Of a DNA stretch of 64,000 nucleotides, positions 1 to 9,166 are shown one piece after another. The translations under genes were made by a program, and so were the position numbers. The notes below the pieces were generated by a model that was not told the origin of the DNA, did no database searches, and saw only the letters and a list, made by a program, of their open reading frames with translations. Source of the stretch: Candidatus Nanohalarchaeota archaeon (GTDB lineage: Archaea > EX4484-52 > B79-G9). Location: NCBI GenBank assembly GCA_030634545.1, contig DAOWAN010000001.1, forward strand, positions 15,010 to 79,009, read 5' to 3'. Positions within the stretch are counted from its first letter, which is position 1. Each line of letters starts with the position of its first letter.

Positions 1-53
1 AACTGTACTCCAATCAAAAAAACATAAATAACTCCCTTTCCAATAAACACAAT

Positions 54-806
54 ATGATAGACGTACACTGCCACCTTGAACAAAAAGATTACAACCCCGA
101 CAGAGACAAAGTCATCAAAAGATGCCAAAAGAAAATGGACGCAGTAGTCACATCATGCGCCCACCCAGACGACTTCGACCTGACCCTCAACCTAAAAAAA
201 CAATATCCCAACTTCATCTACATCTGCATAGGACTCCATCCGGAATACATAAAAGAACTAAAACCAAAACAAAAAACCACACTAATAGAAAAAATAAAAA
301 CCAACAAAGACTCAATATCCGCAATCGGCGAAATCGGTCTAGACTACTATTGGACAAAAGAAGAAGATTACAGAGAAAAACAAAGACAGATGTTTGAACA
401 ATTCATATCTCTTGCAAAAGAACTGAACAAACCAATAGTGATCCACTCCCGCGACGCGCACGAAGACACACTGGACATCCTTGAAAAAACAGAAGCAAGA
501 CAAGTACTACTCCACCTGTGGGGCGCAAACCAACTGGTCCCAAGAATAATCAAAAACAACTGGAACATATCATTTGGTCCCATCCTTCTTCGCTCAAAAA
601 AGCACAAAAAAATATGTCGTGACATGCCTCTTGAAAAAATCATGCTAGAGACAGACTCCCCATGGTTCGGCGAAAACAGACAGAGAAACGAACCGACAAG
701 CGTCGAAAAAGTGATACTAAGAATTGCAGAAATAAAAAAACTAGACCCAAAAGAAATAGACAAAGCCACAACACAAAACGCAAAAAGCTTTTTCACCATA
801 AAATAA
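54..806 (+). CDS. tatD: TatD family deoxyribonuclease
   Basis: DVHCHL, GLHP, AIGEIGLDY, IHSR and LETDSPW motifs of the TatD TIM-barrel metallohydrolase. Confidence 0.95.
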   Translation: MIDVHCHLEQKDYNPDRDKVIKRCQKKMDAVVTSCAHPDDFDLTLNLKKQYPNFIYICIGLHPEYIKELKPKQKTTLIEKIKTNKDSISAIGEIGLDYYWTKEEDYREKQRQMFEQFISLAKELNKPIVIHSRDAHEDTLDILEKTEARQVLLHLWGANQLVPRIIKNNWNISFGPILLRSKKHKKICRDMPLEKIMLETDSPWFGENRQRNEPTSVEKVILRIAEIKKLDPKEIDKATTQNAKSFFTIK

Positions 807-940
807 GCAGCCTACTTTCTAAAAACCACAGGATAAGCATACTTCACAATATGCCCTCCCTTCCACAAATCAAAAAACAACCAGTCATAAATACACGCCT
901 CATGCTGCATCACAGACACACCGATTTTATAACACAAAAC

Positions 941-1165
941 TTATTCTTTTTCCTTTCTCTCTATCTTTAATATAACTCCGTCAATCTTCCTGATCTTCAC
1001 CTCAATCTCTTCTTCACCACACATTATTTCTACTTCCCATTTACCTTTCTGTTTTTCATATTCAATCTCTTTAACATCTTTTTCACTCACAGAGATTTCC
1101 AGTGCCCGACATGCTTTCAACGCAATCTCTTCAGCCTGCTCTATTGTCTTAACTTCTTCACCCAT
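941..1165 (-). CDS. small PepSY-like domain protein
   Basis: 74 aa with pattern AEEIALK...VKEIEYE...WEVEI...EVKI...DGVIL; strong AGGAGG RBS upstream. Confidence 0.6.
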   Translation of the reverse strand: MGEEVKTIEQAEEIALKACRALEISVSEKDVKEIEYEKQKGKWEVEIMCGEEEIEVKIRKIDGVILKIERKEKE

Positions 1166-1182
1166 TTAAATCGCCTCCTTTA

Positions 1183-1319
1183 TTAAAAATCAAATAATTC
1201 TCCAAGGAAAGACTCCTTCTTTTTCTTCTTGTAATATTTGCCATCTCCCCATGTTTCTTGTAATGTTTACTGCACTCTTCTGCTCTGTCTGAAGAACCAA
1301 TGGATAATTCAATTATAGT
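1183..1319 (-). pseudogene. C-terminal remnant of a zf-TFIIB-type small protein (truncated, frameshifted)
   Basis: Manual translation: IIELS...KHYKKHG, then a frameshift in a G run to DGKYYKKKKKESFLGELFDF*. That tail is typical of small zf-TFIIB-domain proteins. The N-terminal Zn ribbon is absent. Confidence 0.4.
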
Positions 1320-1365
1320 TCACGCCGTTACTAAATATACGAATATAACCCAAAACAAATAGGCG

Positions 1366-1528
1366 TTAACTATCCGGGCAAACGAAGTTTGCTGGATCCC
1401 AAAAATCACAAAGTGATTTTTAATGATCCTAACAAATCACATTGATTTGTTGGATGCTAAAATTGCATCGCAATTTTAAGCATATGGAAAAGTCATATCA
1501 TCAAAATAGTTATGACTTTTACTATATT
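1366..1528. repeat. modular multi-hairpin repeat element, copy A
   Basis: 1401-1498 is identical to 41595-41692; consecutive inverted repeats; starts TTAACTATCCGGG, ends ACTATATT. Confidence 0.85.
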
Positions 1529-1734
1529 TTGTCGAGTTCTCCTTTGTCAAGCCATATCCCTCTGCATTTCGGGCAGAAATCAATTTCCACATTTTTCCTT
1601 TCACTTATTGACATATCTACTATCTCACAATTGGGACATTTCGTATTCCTTCACCTCTTTATTCAAATTCTATTATTATATATGTAAACCCTCGCAATAC
1701 ACACATACAATCAACTTGACAATACCCGATGCAT

Positions 1735-3447
1735 CTAGTGATGCGCATATCTTGGATGTTCATGCCCTGCTTCTTTTCGCAATTTCAAATGCTCGATATG
1801 TGCGACCTTTTCCTTCAGGAATCCACTAAAACTTAATTCATTATCTTCAATCATTGTTGATGCATGACATCCACCCAAAAAATGAGGCATTATTACATAA
1901 GTTGCTCCCTCGTCATAGAGTTTCAAAGCTCCATCAATCTGGTGAGAAACAACAGCAATAATAGCTTCCTTATTAGCTTCTTTTATCTTATTGATTAACA
2001 ACAGGTTCGTATCTAGTGCAGGTATAGTCGAAATGATCATCTTTACTTTCGAAAAATTCAAGTCATCAAGAAGTTCCGTATCATTTACATCCCCATATTT
2101 ACAATCATATCCCTGCTTAGATAGTTTTATGATGACCTTTGGATCATAGTCTATTATGAGAAATTTCTTTTTTATCTTTTTTAGTGACGTCGTAATGTCA
2201 AAACCAATCTCATCGTGCCCGAAAAGAATGATATCATAATTCTCATCTTTATGGTACTTATGTTCATCGATTTTTTCCATTTTTCTCTCAAATAAAGTGA
2301 GATATTTCGATAGATAACCATATAGCTTATTTGAATAAAGTATCATGTATGTAGAGCCTGCAATGGTAATTAAAGCTATAAGGGTTATCAAAGAGATGAT
2401 TTCATTACCCAGATGACCTACTTTAACTCCTAATGCAATCAGTATTAAAGAAAATTCACTGATCTGTGCAACAGTAAGACCTGCTAAAAAGCTGTTTCTC
2501 TTGGTGTAACCCCCTAATCCCATCAATGTCATCACAATCAGAGGATTCCCTATAAGGATGAGCAATGAAAATACAATGCTAGGGACGATATATTGAGAAA
2601 TATTAGTAAAAGTCATCTGGGAACCCAACAAGATAAAAAATAATATAAGGAAAAAATCACGTAAAGGTCTCATCTTAGAACTGATTTCATAATGATATGG
2701 AGTCAATGATAAACTAATTCCTGCAAGTAACGCTCCTGCCTCTATTGAAAAATTCAGGTAGTGAAAAAGAGATGCCATTGCAAAACACCAGCTAATAGAA
2801 AAAAGCAACAAAAATTCCTGTGATTTAGCAACCAGTTTGGTTAAAGGAGGAAAAATGTATAAACTGATGATCGCTAATATTATTAGCAAACCCATAGCAG
2901 TCAATATGGACTCAACAGCCAGCCCGGCTATGTTATTCCCATTATTGATGGAGGATATTAGTGTCAGGACAAATATCGCGATAAAATCCTGTACTATGAG
3001 AAAGCCTATAGAAATTCTCCCGTAAAGTGTTTCAAGATCCCTCTTATCTGACAGGAGTTTCATAATTATGATTGTACTGCTAAAAGAAACAGCAATAGCA
3101 AGATAAATCGAAATGATATTCGAGAAACCTAACAGTCTTCCAATAAAAAATCCAACCAGGGATGTAAAGAAAACCTGACCAATACCGGTAACTAAGGATG
3201 TTTTGCCGAGATCCCCGATTATCCGGGGATTAAGATTCAATCCAACCATGAACAAAAGAAATGCTATTCCAATTTGAGCAAAAGTTGTAAACGTATCAGC
3301 AGATTGAACAACATTAAGAACAACAGGACCTGCAATTATCCCTGCCAGAATATAACCTATTATTAGAGGTTGTTTTAAAAAACGCATTACCCCTGAAACT
3401 ATAACAGTCAGAATTAAAATCGCGCTTAGCTCAATGAATACTTCCAT
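1735..3447 (-). CDS. Kef-type K+/H+ antiporter (CPA2) with C-terminal TrkA-N/RCK domain
   Basis: About 12-13 TM segments, GYILAGIIAGP, FSSTIII, QISEFSL; C-terminal Rossmann-like YGDVND region. Confidence 0.92.
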   Translation of the reverse strand: MEVFIELSAILILTVIVSGVMRFLKQPLIIGYILAGIIAGPVVLNVVQSADTFTTFAQIGIAFLLFMVGLNLNPRIIGDLGKTSLVTGIGQVFFTSLVGFFIGRLLGFSNIISIYLAIAVSFSSTIIIMKLLSDKRDLETLYGRISIGFLIVQDFIAIFVLTLISSINNGNNIAGLAVESILTAMGLLIILAIISLYIFPPLTKLVAKSQEFLLLFSISWCFAMASLFHYLNFSIEAGALLAGISLSLTPYHYEISSKMRPLRDFFLILFFILLGSQMTFTNISQYIVPSIVFSLLILIGNPLIVMTLMGLGGYTKRNSFLAGLTVAQISEFSLILIALGVKVGHLGNEIISLITLIALITIAGSTYMILYSNKLYGYLSKYLTLFERKMEKIDEHKYHKDENYDIILFGHDEIGFDITTSLKKIKKKFLIIDYDPKVIIKLSKQGYDCKYGDVNDTELLDDLNFSKVKMIISTIPALDTNLLLINKIKEANKEAIIAVVSHQIDGALKLYDEGATYVIMPHFLGGCHASTMIEDNELSFSGFLKEKVAHIEHLKLRKEAGHEHPRYAHH

Positions 3448-3483
3448 TAGATATCACTTACATCTGATTAAATATTACTGGGT

Positions 3484-3981
3484 CTAATAATTACGTAATA
3501 AATTAAGTATACTACTTGGCGTTACAACACCCACAACTTTCTTGTTTTTATCTAAAACCGGGACATACTGAAAACCTTCCTCATATACCTGCTCTATTGT
3601 CTGATTAATAGGAGTATCAAGGTTTACTGCAGACTTATGTTTATTTACCAGATCTTTCGCTTTTTTATACAAAAATTCTCTTCTATAGCCAATATTCAAA
3701 ATCTTTGTAAGTGGTTCATATCTTACTTGATGCAAAAACAATTTTATCATGTCATCATTACTGATTTCTCCTACAAATCGCTTCTCTTTTGTAACCACAA
3801 TACAAACGTTTATATGCTCTCTCTTTAGTTTTTTTATTATCTTACCTGCACCATCATCCTGGTAAACAAACACTGCCTTAATCATAGCATCTTTTGCAGT
3901 CAGCTTTCTGATATTTTCAGTTTCAGAAATAGTTCTAACTTCCTCTTCTCTCAGTTTTTTAATTGAATCTGTCAGCTCCAT
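3484..3981 (-). CDS. CBS-domain pair protein
   Basis: LTAKDAM...FVGEIS and VPVLD...VVGVVT CBS signatures; ATG at 3981 preferred over the TTG in the ORF track. Confidence 0.85.
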   Translation of the reverse strand: MELTDSIKKLREEEVRTISETENIRKLTAKDAMIKAVFVYQDDGAGKIIKKLKREHINVCIVVTKEKRFVGEISNDDMIKLFLHQVRYEPLTKILNIGYRREFLYKKAKDLVNKHKSAVNLDTPINQTIEQVYEEGFQYVPVLDKNKKVVGVVTPSSILNLLRNY

Positions 3982-4110
3982 CTGATTTATCCCCACAGCC
4001 AGCAATCTATTTTTTCATAAATATCTCTATAAATACTAAAATTTTATAGAGAAGAGCATATTTAAATTAGGAATATAAAATCAGAAAAGATAAGGTAAAA
4101 AGAAGGTAAA

Positions 4111-4509
4111 CTATTTGATGATGGAATTACCCAACTCTGTAAGTATAAGATATTTATGATTTCCCCTTACTTCAAAACTAATGTAATGCAAATCAATTAG
4201 ATTACCTAATCTTTTCTTCAGGGTTGGTTTTGTAATCTTCAATCTGGACCTTAAATCTGTTTGATTAATCAAAACACCTTTACATTCAGACTCTTTAACA
4301 ATTTTTAATATTTTCATTAATTCTTCAGGTATTAATCTGTTTATTTTTTGTTCATAAAAAATAGAGAACAGTCTAGATACAACAATGAATAACATTATAA
4401 AAAGCGATAATTGTAATACCGAATGAATAATAGACGGACCTCTTAACGTATAATCCAGAAATTCATCAAAAATCTCAGTGATAATAAAAATAACAAAAAT
4501 CAGGTACAA
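4111..4509 (-). CDS. membrane-anchored winged-helix (MarR-like) regulator
   Basis: Two N-terminal hydrophobic segments, then NQTDL...ITKPTLKKRL...LTELG wHTH; start codon uncertain. Confidence 0.65.
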   Translation of the reverse strand: MYLIFVIFIITEIFDEFLDYTLRGPSIIHSVLQLSLFIMLFIVVSRLFSIFYEQKINRLIPEELMKILKIVKESECKGVLINQTDLRSRLKITKPTLKKRLGNLIDLHYISFEVRGNHKYLILTELGNSIIK

Positions 4510-4702
4510 TAAATTGCGCTCATAACCTTCTTTGAATATAATTTATATCTCCTCTTCATATTATCATTTAGAAATTGTTAACCCATTCTTTACACTGTAA
4601 ACCCCACAATCATATATATCTATCTAACCTAAGCAACCAAAACATCTTGATTTTTGACAATACAAAGAAATAGCCAATCAATACAATAATTTAAATTCAC
4701 AA

Positions 4703-5254
4703 TTATCCGGCAAATTCAAGACTCAGTGTCTCATTATCTAGGTTTTTTTCATACAGGTTCAGGTTTTGCGGAGTCTGGATTATTTTAAAATAGAGTTTAT
4801 CTTCAGTATATGCGCGAACTTCACAGGAATTATCAAATTTAAGGATATCTATATTATCCATACAATCTATACCTGGCAAAAGTATGTTTATTTTCAGTTT
4901 TCCCGGCAACTTTGTGATATCTGCTTTAGGCTCAATAGTCTCTTTGGGTATTGGTCTTTTATTAGCAGCCGTCATATCTGGTGCCTGTCTTGTTGACTGC
5001 GCCACAGGTCTCTTGCCGGATGTCATTCTCACTGTGATTCCCTGACGATTTGCGCCCCCGTTTTGTTTGATACTTCCCGCAAGGACCTTAAACAATTTTC
5101 TCATCAGTTGTCTCTCAATACCAGACACTATTTTATCAACAACATCCTTCATTCCATATGAATACATGCTTTTTTTAACCGTCACTTCACCGCAGAACGG
5201 GCAGTACTTCCATTCCTTATTTCCAATATCCTTTTCGCAGGATTTACATTTCAT
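4703..5254 (-). CDS. Zn-ribbon + Hsp20/alpha-crystallin-like protein
   Basis: N-terminal CKSC...YCPFCG; C-terminal EPKADI...ILLPGI...EVRA...YFKII beta-sandwich. Confidence 0.7.
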   Translation of the reverse strand: MKCKSCEKDIGNKEWKYCPFCGEVTVKKSMYSYGMKDVVDKIVSGIERQLMRKLFKVLAGSIKQNGGANRQGITVRMTSGKRPVAQSTRQAPDMTAANKRPIPKETIEPKADITKLPGKLKINILLPGIDCMDNIDILKFDNSCEVRAYTEDKLYFKIIQTPQNLNLYEKNLDNETLSLEFAG

Positions 5255-5273
5255 CTGTACATTACCTTCAGTA

Positions 5274-5555
5274 TCATTTGAGATTGAGCTTCTTCAGAAT
5301 TTCAACAGGTTCATTAGGTTCTATTTTAAATCCCTTTGATGTGAGTGACAATATCATCCAAAACACATCAGAGATACATTTTAGTGACGCTACAGCATTT
5401 ACTTTTTTCCCCTGGAATATCAGGGTATCTCCATCATAATCCATTATTATCTGATGGAATTCCTTAGGATTCAACTTAAGTTGCTGGGATTCTGTCCCTG
5501 TGATAGTAAGACTCATCTCTTCAGGGGGCTTAACTTTTATTGTATATTCCGGCAT
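5274..5555 (-). CDS. hypothetical protein
   Basis: 93-aa ORF with GAGGTG RBS, co-oriented with and adjacent to the Hsp20 gene. Confidence 0.6.
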   Translation of the reverse strand: MPEYTIKVKPPEEMSLTITGTESQQLKLNPKEFHQIIMDYDGDTLIFQGKKVNAVASLKCISDVFWMILSLTSKGFKIEPNEPVEILKKLNLK

Positions 5556-5697
5556 TCTAACACCTCGACTGCTTTTTGTATGATTTTTGGCAATATCTGT
5601 ACTTTACACCTATGATAGAGATTATATCATTTGTTATTTATATGGGTTATGGTTATAAAAATTTAAGTGTTCAGAAATATATCTTTTTTGTGAGCAT

Positions 5698-7767
5698 ATG
5701 CGCGAAATTAAAATTCTTGGAGATTCACCGACAATCAAAGACAATCTTGATTTTGATAATTATGCCGATATTTTAATGAGTGCAATAGATAATTTTGATT
5801 CTGAAAGTTCTTTGACCATAGGCATCCATGGCGGGTGGGGATTCGGAAAAACAAGTCTGATGAGAATGCTTGAAAAGAGACTAGAAGATAATGGAACTGC
5901 TACAACTATCTGGTTCAATGCGTGGACATACGGTAAAGAAGAACCAGTTGGACTAGCATTGTTACGGTGCATATTGACAAGGTTCCAAGATGATAGGGGA
6001 CTAAAGGAAAAAAGCAAGAATCTATTTGAAAATATTGGCAAATTTGGTATTGAGGCATTCTTAAGAAAAACCACAACGATTAGTTATGATAAAGCAAAAG
6101 AACTTCTCGAGGGCAGCATTGACATGAAGAAGTCGCTGCGGGAAGATTTTGAGAGCCTTATAGGTAAATGTTTCTCAGATAGACGTTTGGTTATTTTTGT
6201 TGATGATCTAGACAGATGTCTGCCAGAAAATGTAATAGCGATTCTTGAGGTAATAAAACTATATTTAGATGTGCCTAGATGTATATTTGTTCTCGGTGTG
6301 GATCAGGATGTGGTTGAGCAGGCGATTGAAACAAGATACAAACCAGATGAGAAATATGATAAGAAGGCATTAATCTGCGGAAAAGATTATGTCAATAAGA
6401 TAATCCAGATTCCATTCGTTCTTCCACCAATCAGAGTGGATGACATGGCAACATTTATTGAAAATCTGAATATTGATGAAAATGAAAAGAAATACACAAA
6501 AACAGTTGCAAAAGGCACAGGATGTAATCCGAGAAAGGTAAAAATGTTTTTGAATATACTCCGATTAAGGACTGCAATTGTAGAAAAAATGGGCGGGAAA
6601 ATCAGACCGGAATTATCTGCAAAACTTCTGGTTATTGAACACGCGTTTCCGGAGTTCTATGAAGATATCAAGAAATATCTGAAGCAGGATCTCATTTTTA
6701 AACTGGAAAAACATATTAGAAGGAAACCAAAGGCAACTGATGAAGAATTGAAAGAACTACTCAAGTCAGAAACATTCAAGAAGCATTATAATGACGAAGA
6801 TTTGGAGAATTTACTTAATGATAAACCATTTTTCGAAAAGACAAATCTTGAGCCTTATATTCATCTTTGTGGCAGTAAAATACCTGAAAAAACAGATATC
6901 TCAGACTATGTATCAGACAAATCCTTATTTGATGATTTATATAGCAGTAACGAATTGAAGAGGTTGAAAGCGGCAGAAGTAATTAAAAATGGTTCTGATT
7001 CAGATAAAAATAGGTATTTAAACATTTTTTTATCGAAATTAAAAGATGATGATACAAATGTGCGAGAAACTGCGGCATTCGTTCTCGGAGAGATTGGTGA
7101 TATCAGAGCAATTGATTTATTGATTGTGACATTAAATGATAACGTTTCAAGTGTACGTGAGCATTCTGCAATTGCTCTTGGAAAACTACGTGATAGTAGA
7201 GCAGTTAATCCACTAATATTAAAATTAAAAGATCACGTACCTATTGTACGAGCTGCTGCTGCACGTGCCTTAGGTACACTGTGTGATTACAAGGCACCTG
7301 AGTCGTTGATTGAAGCACTAAATGATGAGGATTTCGAAGTACGTGAAGATACTATATCTTCTCTTGGAGAAATAGGTGATCCTAGAACTGTTGAACCATT
7401 GATTGCAAAACTAAAAATACCTCATGCTGATATTTCTTCTCTTGCTTTAGCGCTAGGTCAGATTCGTGATCCAAGAGCAGTAAAGCCATTGATAGCGGCG
7501 TTAGATGATGCTGATGAAGCACAGCGTTATTTTATTGTGATGGCTCTTGGTTCAATCGGTGATTCTAGAGCCGTCGACCCTTTGATAAAGGCATTGAAGG
7601 ATAATGATGCTGATGTGCGCCAGAATGCTATATTTGCTCTTGGGTCTATAGGGAATTCAAAAGCACTTGGACCATTAAATGAATCATTAAATGATGAAAA
7701 TGTCATTACGCGCACAACCACTGAAGAGGCAATCAGAAAAATAAAAGCGAAACAAAAACAAAGATAA
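5698..7767 (+). CDS. KAP family P-loop NTPase with C-terminal HEAT/PBS-lyase repeats
   Basis: Walker A GGWGFGKTS, WFNAW, Walker B VIFVDDLDRC, KIIQIPF, NPRKVK; multiple VR..AA.ALG.IGD.RAV.PLI repeats. Confidence 0.92.
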   Translation: MREIKILGDSPTIKDNLDFDNYADILMSAIDNFDSESSLTIGIHGGWGFGKTSLMRMLEKRLEDNGTATTIWFNAWTYGKEEPVGLALLRCILTRFQDDRGLKEKSKNLFENIGKFGIEAFLRKTTTISYDKAKELLEGSIDMKKSLREDFESLIGKCFSDRRLVIFVDDLDRCLPENVIAILEVIKLYLDVPRCIFVLGVDQDVVEQAIETRYKPDEKYDKKALICGKDYVNKIIQIPFVLPPIRVDDMATFIENLNIDENEKKYTKTVAKGTGCNPRKVKMFLNILRLRTAIVEKMGGKIRPELSAKLLVIEHAFPEFYEDIKKYLKQDLIFKLEKHIRRKPKATDEELKELLKSETFKKHYNDEDLENLLNDKPFFEKTNLEPYIHLCGSKIPEKTDISDYVSDKSLFDDLYSSNELKRLKAAEVIKNGSDSDKNRYLNIFLSKLKDDDTNVRETAAFVLGEIGDIRAIDLLIVTLNDNVSSVREHSAIALGKLRDSRAVNPLILKLKDHVPIVRAAAARALGTLCDYKAPESLIEALNDEDFEVREDTISSLGEIGDPRTVEPLIAKLKIPHADISSLALALGQIRDPRAVKPLIAALDDADEAQRYFIVMALGSIGDSRAVDPLIKALKDNDADVRQNAIFALGSIGNSKALGPLNESLNDENVITRTTTEEAIRKIKAKQKQR

Positions 7768-7801
7768 ACCACGCCATTTTCTGACTTTCACAGTTGACTT
7801 T

Positions 7802-8965
7802 TCAGAAATACTCTTTCATCTTATCAAAAAAACCCTTACCGACAGTAGCACTTTGCCTTGACTCCACTGCATATTCTTCCATAAGCTGCCTCTGCTTTTT
7901 ATTCAGTGTCTTAGGTATTTCAACAACAACTTTCACAAGCTGGTCGCCTTTGCCCCTGCCATGAACATCAGGCATGCCCTGACCACTCAGCTTAAACACA
8001 GTATGACTCTGCGTACCAGAAGGAATCTTCAGCTTCGCCTTACCTCTAATCGTCGGAATCTCTATCTCATCGCCAAGTACTGCCTGTCCAATCCCTATTG
8101 TTGTCTTACAATAGAGATCATTTTCATAGCGCTCTAATATATCATGAGGCTTGACATGAATAACAATATAGAGGTCTCCACTCGGAGCACCGTTCATACC
8201 TGCTTCACCTTCACCTGCCATTCTCAGGTGGGAATCATTATCAACTCCGGCAGGTATCTCAACATCAATTGTCCTTGTCTTTTTGATTCTTCCATTCCCA
8301 CTGCATTCAGAACATGGAGTTTTTATTATTGTACCTTTACCCTTACACTTGCCGCACATACCAACTGTGACAATCTGACCGAGAAAAGAGCGCCTGACTT
8401 GCCTGACCTGTCCGCTCCCATTGCACTTGTCACATGTTTCTTTAGCTGTACCATCTTTTGCACCAGTACCCTTGCATACGCCGCATTTTTCAAACCGGGG
8501 AACCTGTATCTTCTTGGCAACACCACTATGAGCTTCTTCAAGTGTGATTGTGATATCATACCTCAAATCCGCACCAGGTGCAGAGCTCCTTCTCGTCTCT
8601 TCGCCTCTCATACCAGAAAATGCACTGAATATATCATCAAAACCACTGCCGCTGAATATATCTTCAAAAGACGAGAATCCACCGCCACCGCCACCGCCAA
8701 AACCGCGAAAACCCTGGAAACCACCACCCCCCTGACCCTGCTGAAATGCAGCATGACCAAACTGATCGTACTGGGCTTTTTTTTGCTGATTGCCAAGCAC
8801 TTCAAATGCTTCATTGAGCTCCTTGAACTTCGCCTCTGCGCCCTTATCATCCGGATTGACATCAGGATGATACTTCCTCGCAAGCTTCCTGTAAGCGCGC
8901 TTTATTTCATCAGCAGATGCACTCTTGTCCACACCGACGATATTGTAGTAGTCTTTTTTCGTCAT
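7802..8965 (-). CDS. dnaJ: chaperone DnaJ
   Basis: J domain with HPD, G/F-rich region, four CxxCxGxG repeats. Confidence 0.97.
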   Translation of the reverse strand: MTKKDYYNIVGVDKSASADEIKRAYRKLARKYHPDVNPDDKGAEAKFKELNEAFEVLGNQQKKAQYDQFGHAAFQQGQGGGGFQGFRGFGGGGGGGFSSFEDIFSGSGFDDIFSAFSGMRGEETRRSSAPGADLRYDITITLEEAHSGVAKKIQVPRFEKCGVCKGTGAKDGTAKETCDKCNGSGQVRQVRRSFLGQIVTVGMCGKCKGKGTIIKTPCSECSGNGRIKKTRTIDVEIPAGVDNDSHLRMAGEGEAGMNGAPSGDLYIVIHVKPHDILERYENDLYCKTTIGIGQAVLGDEIEIPTIRGKAKLKIPSGTQSHTVFKLSGQGMPDVHGRGKGDQLVKVVVEIPKTLNKKQRQLMEEYAVESRQSATVGKGFFDKMKEYF

Positions 8966-9166
8966 TTATTTCACAGAATAAAATTGTATATTTTAGTTAA
9001 TAAATAAGTTTATGATAATAATAAAATAAAAAATCATGAAAATTACGGTTCAATGTGAGTATTCTCAAGCTTTTCGATTGTCGAAGCATACTTTATAACA
9101 ATAAAAAAGAGAAAGGCATTTGTTTATTCTTCGATTAAGCCCAACACTCCTTAATTAAACTCCTCT

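Noticed and set aside
1442..1829. ORFs spanning repeat copy A
   Set aside because: They overlap the palindromic element and the Kef gene end; no protein-like features
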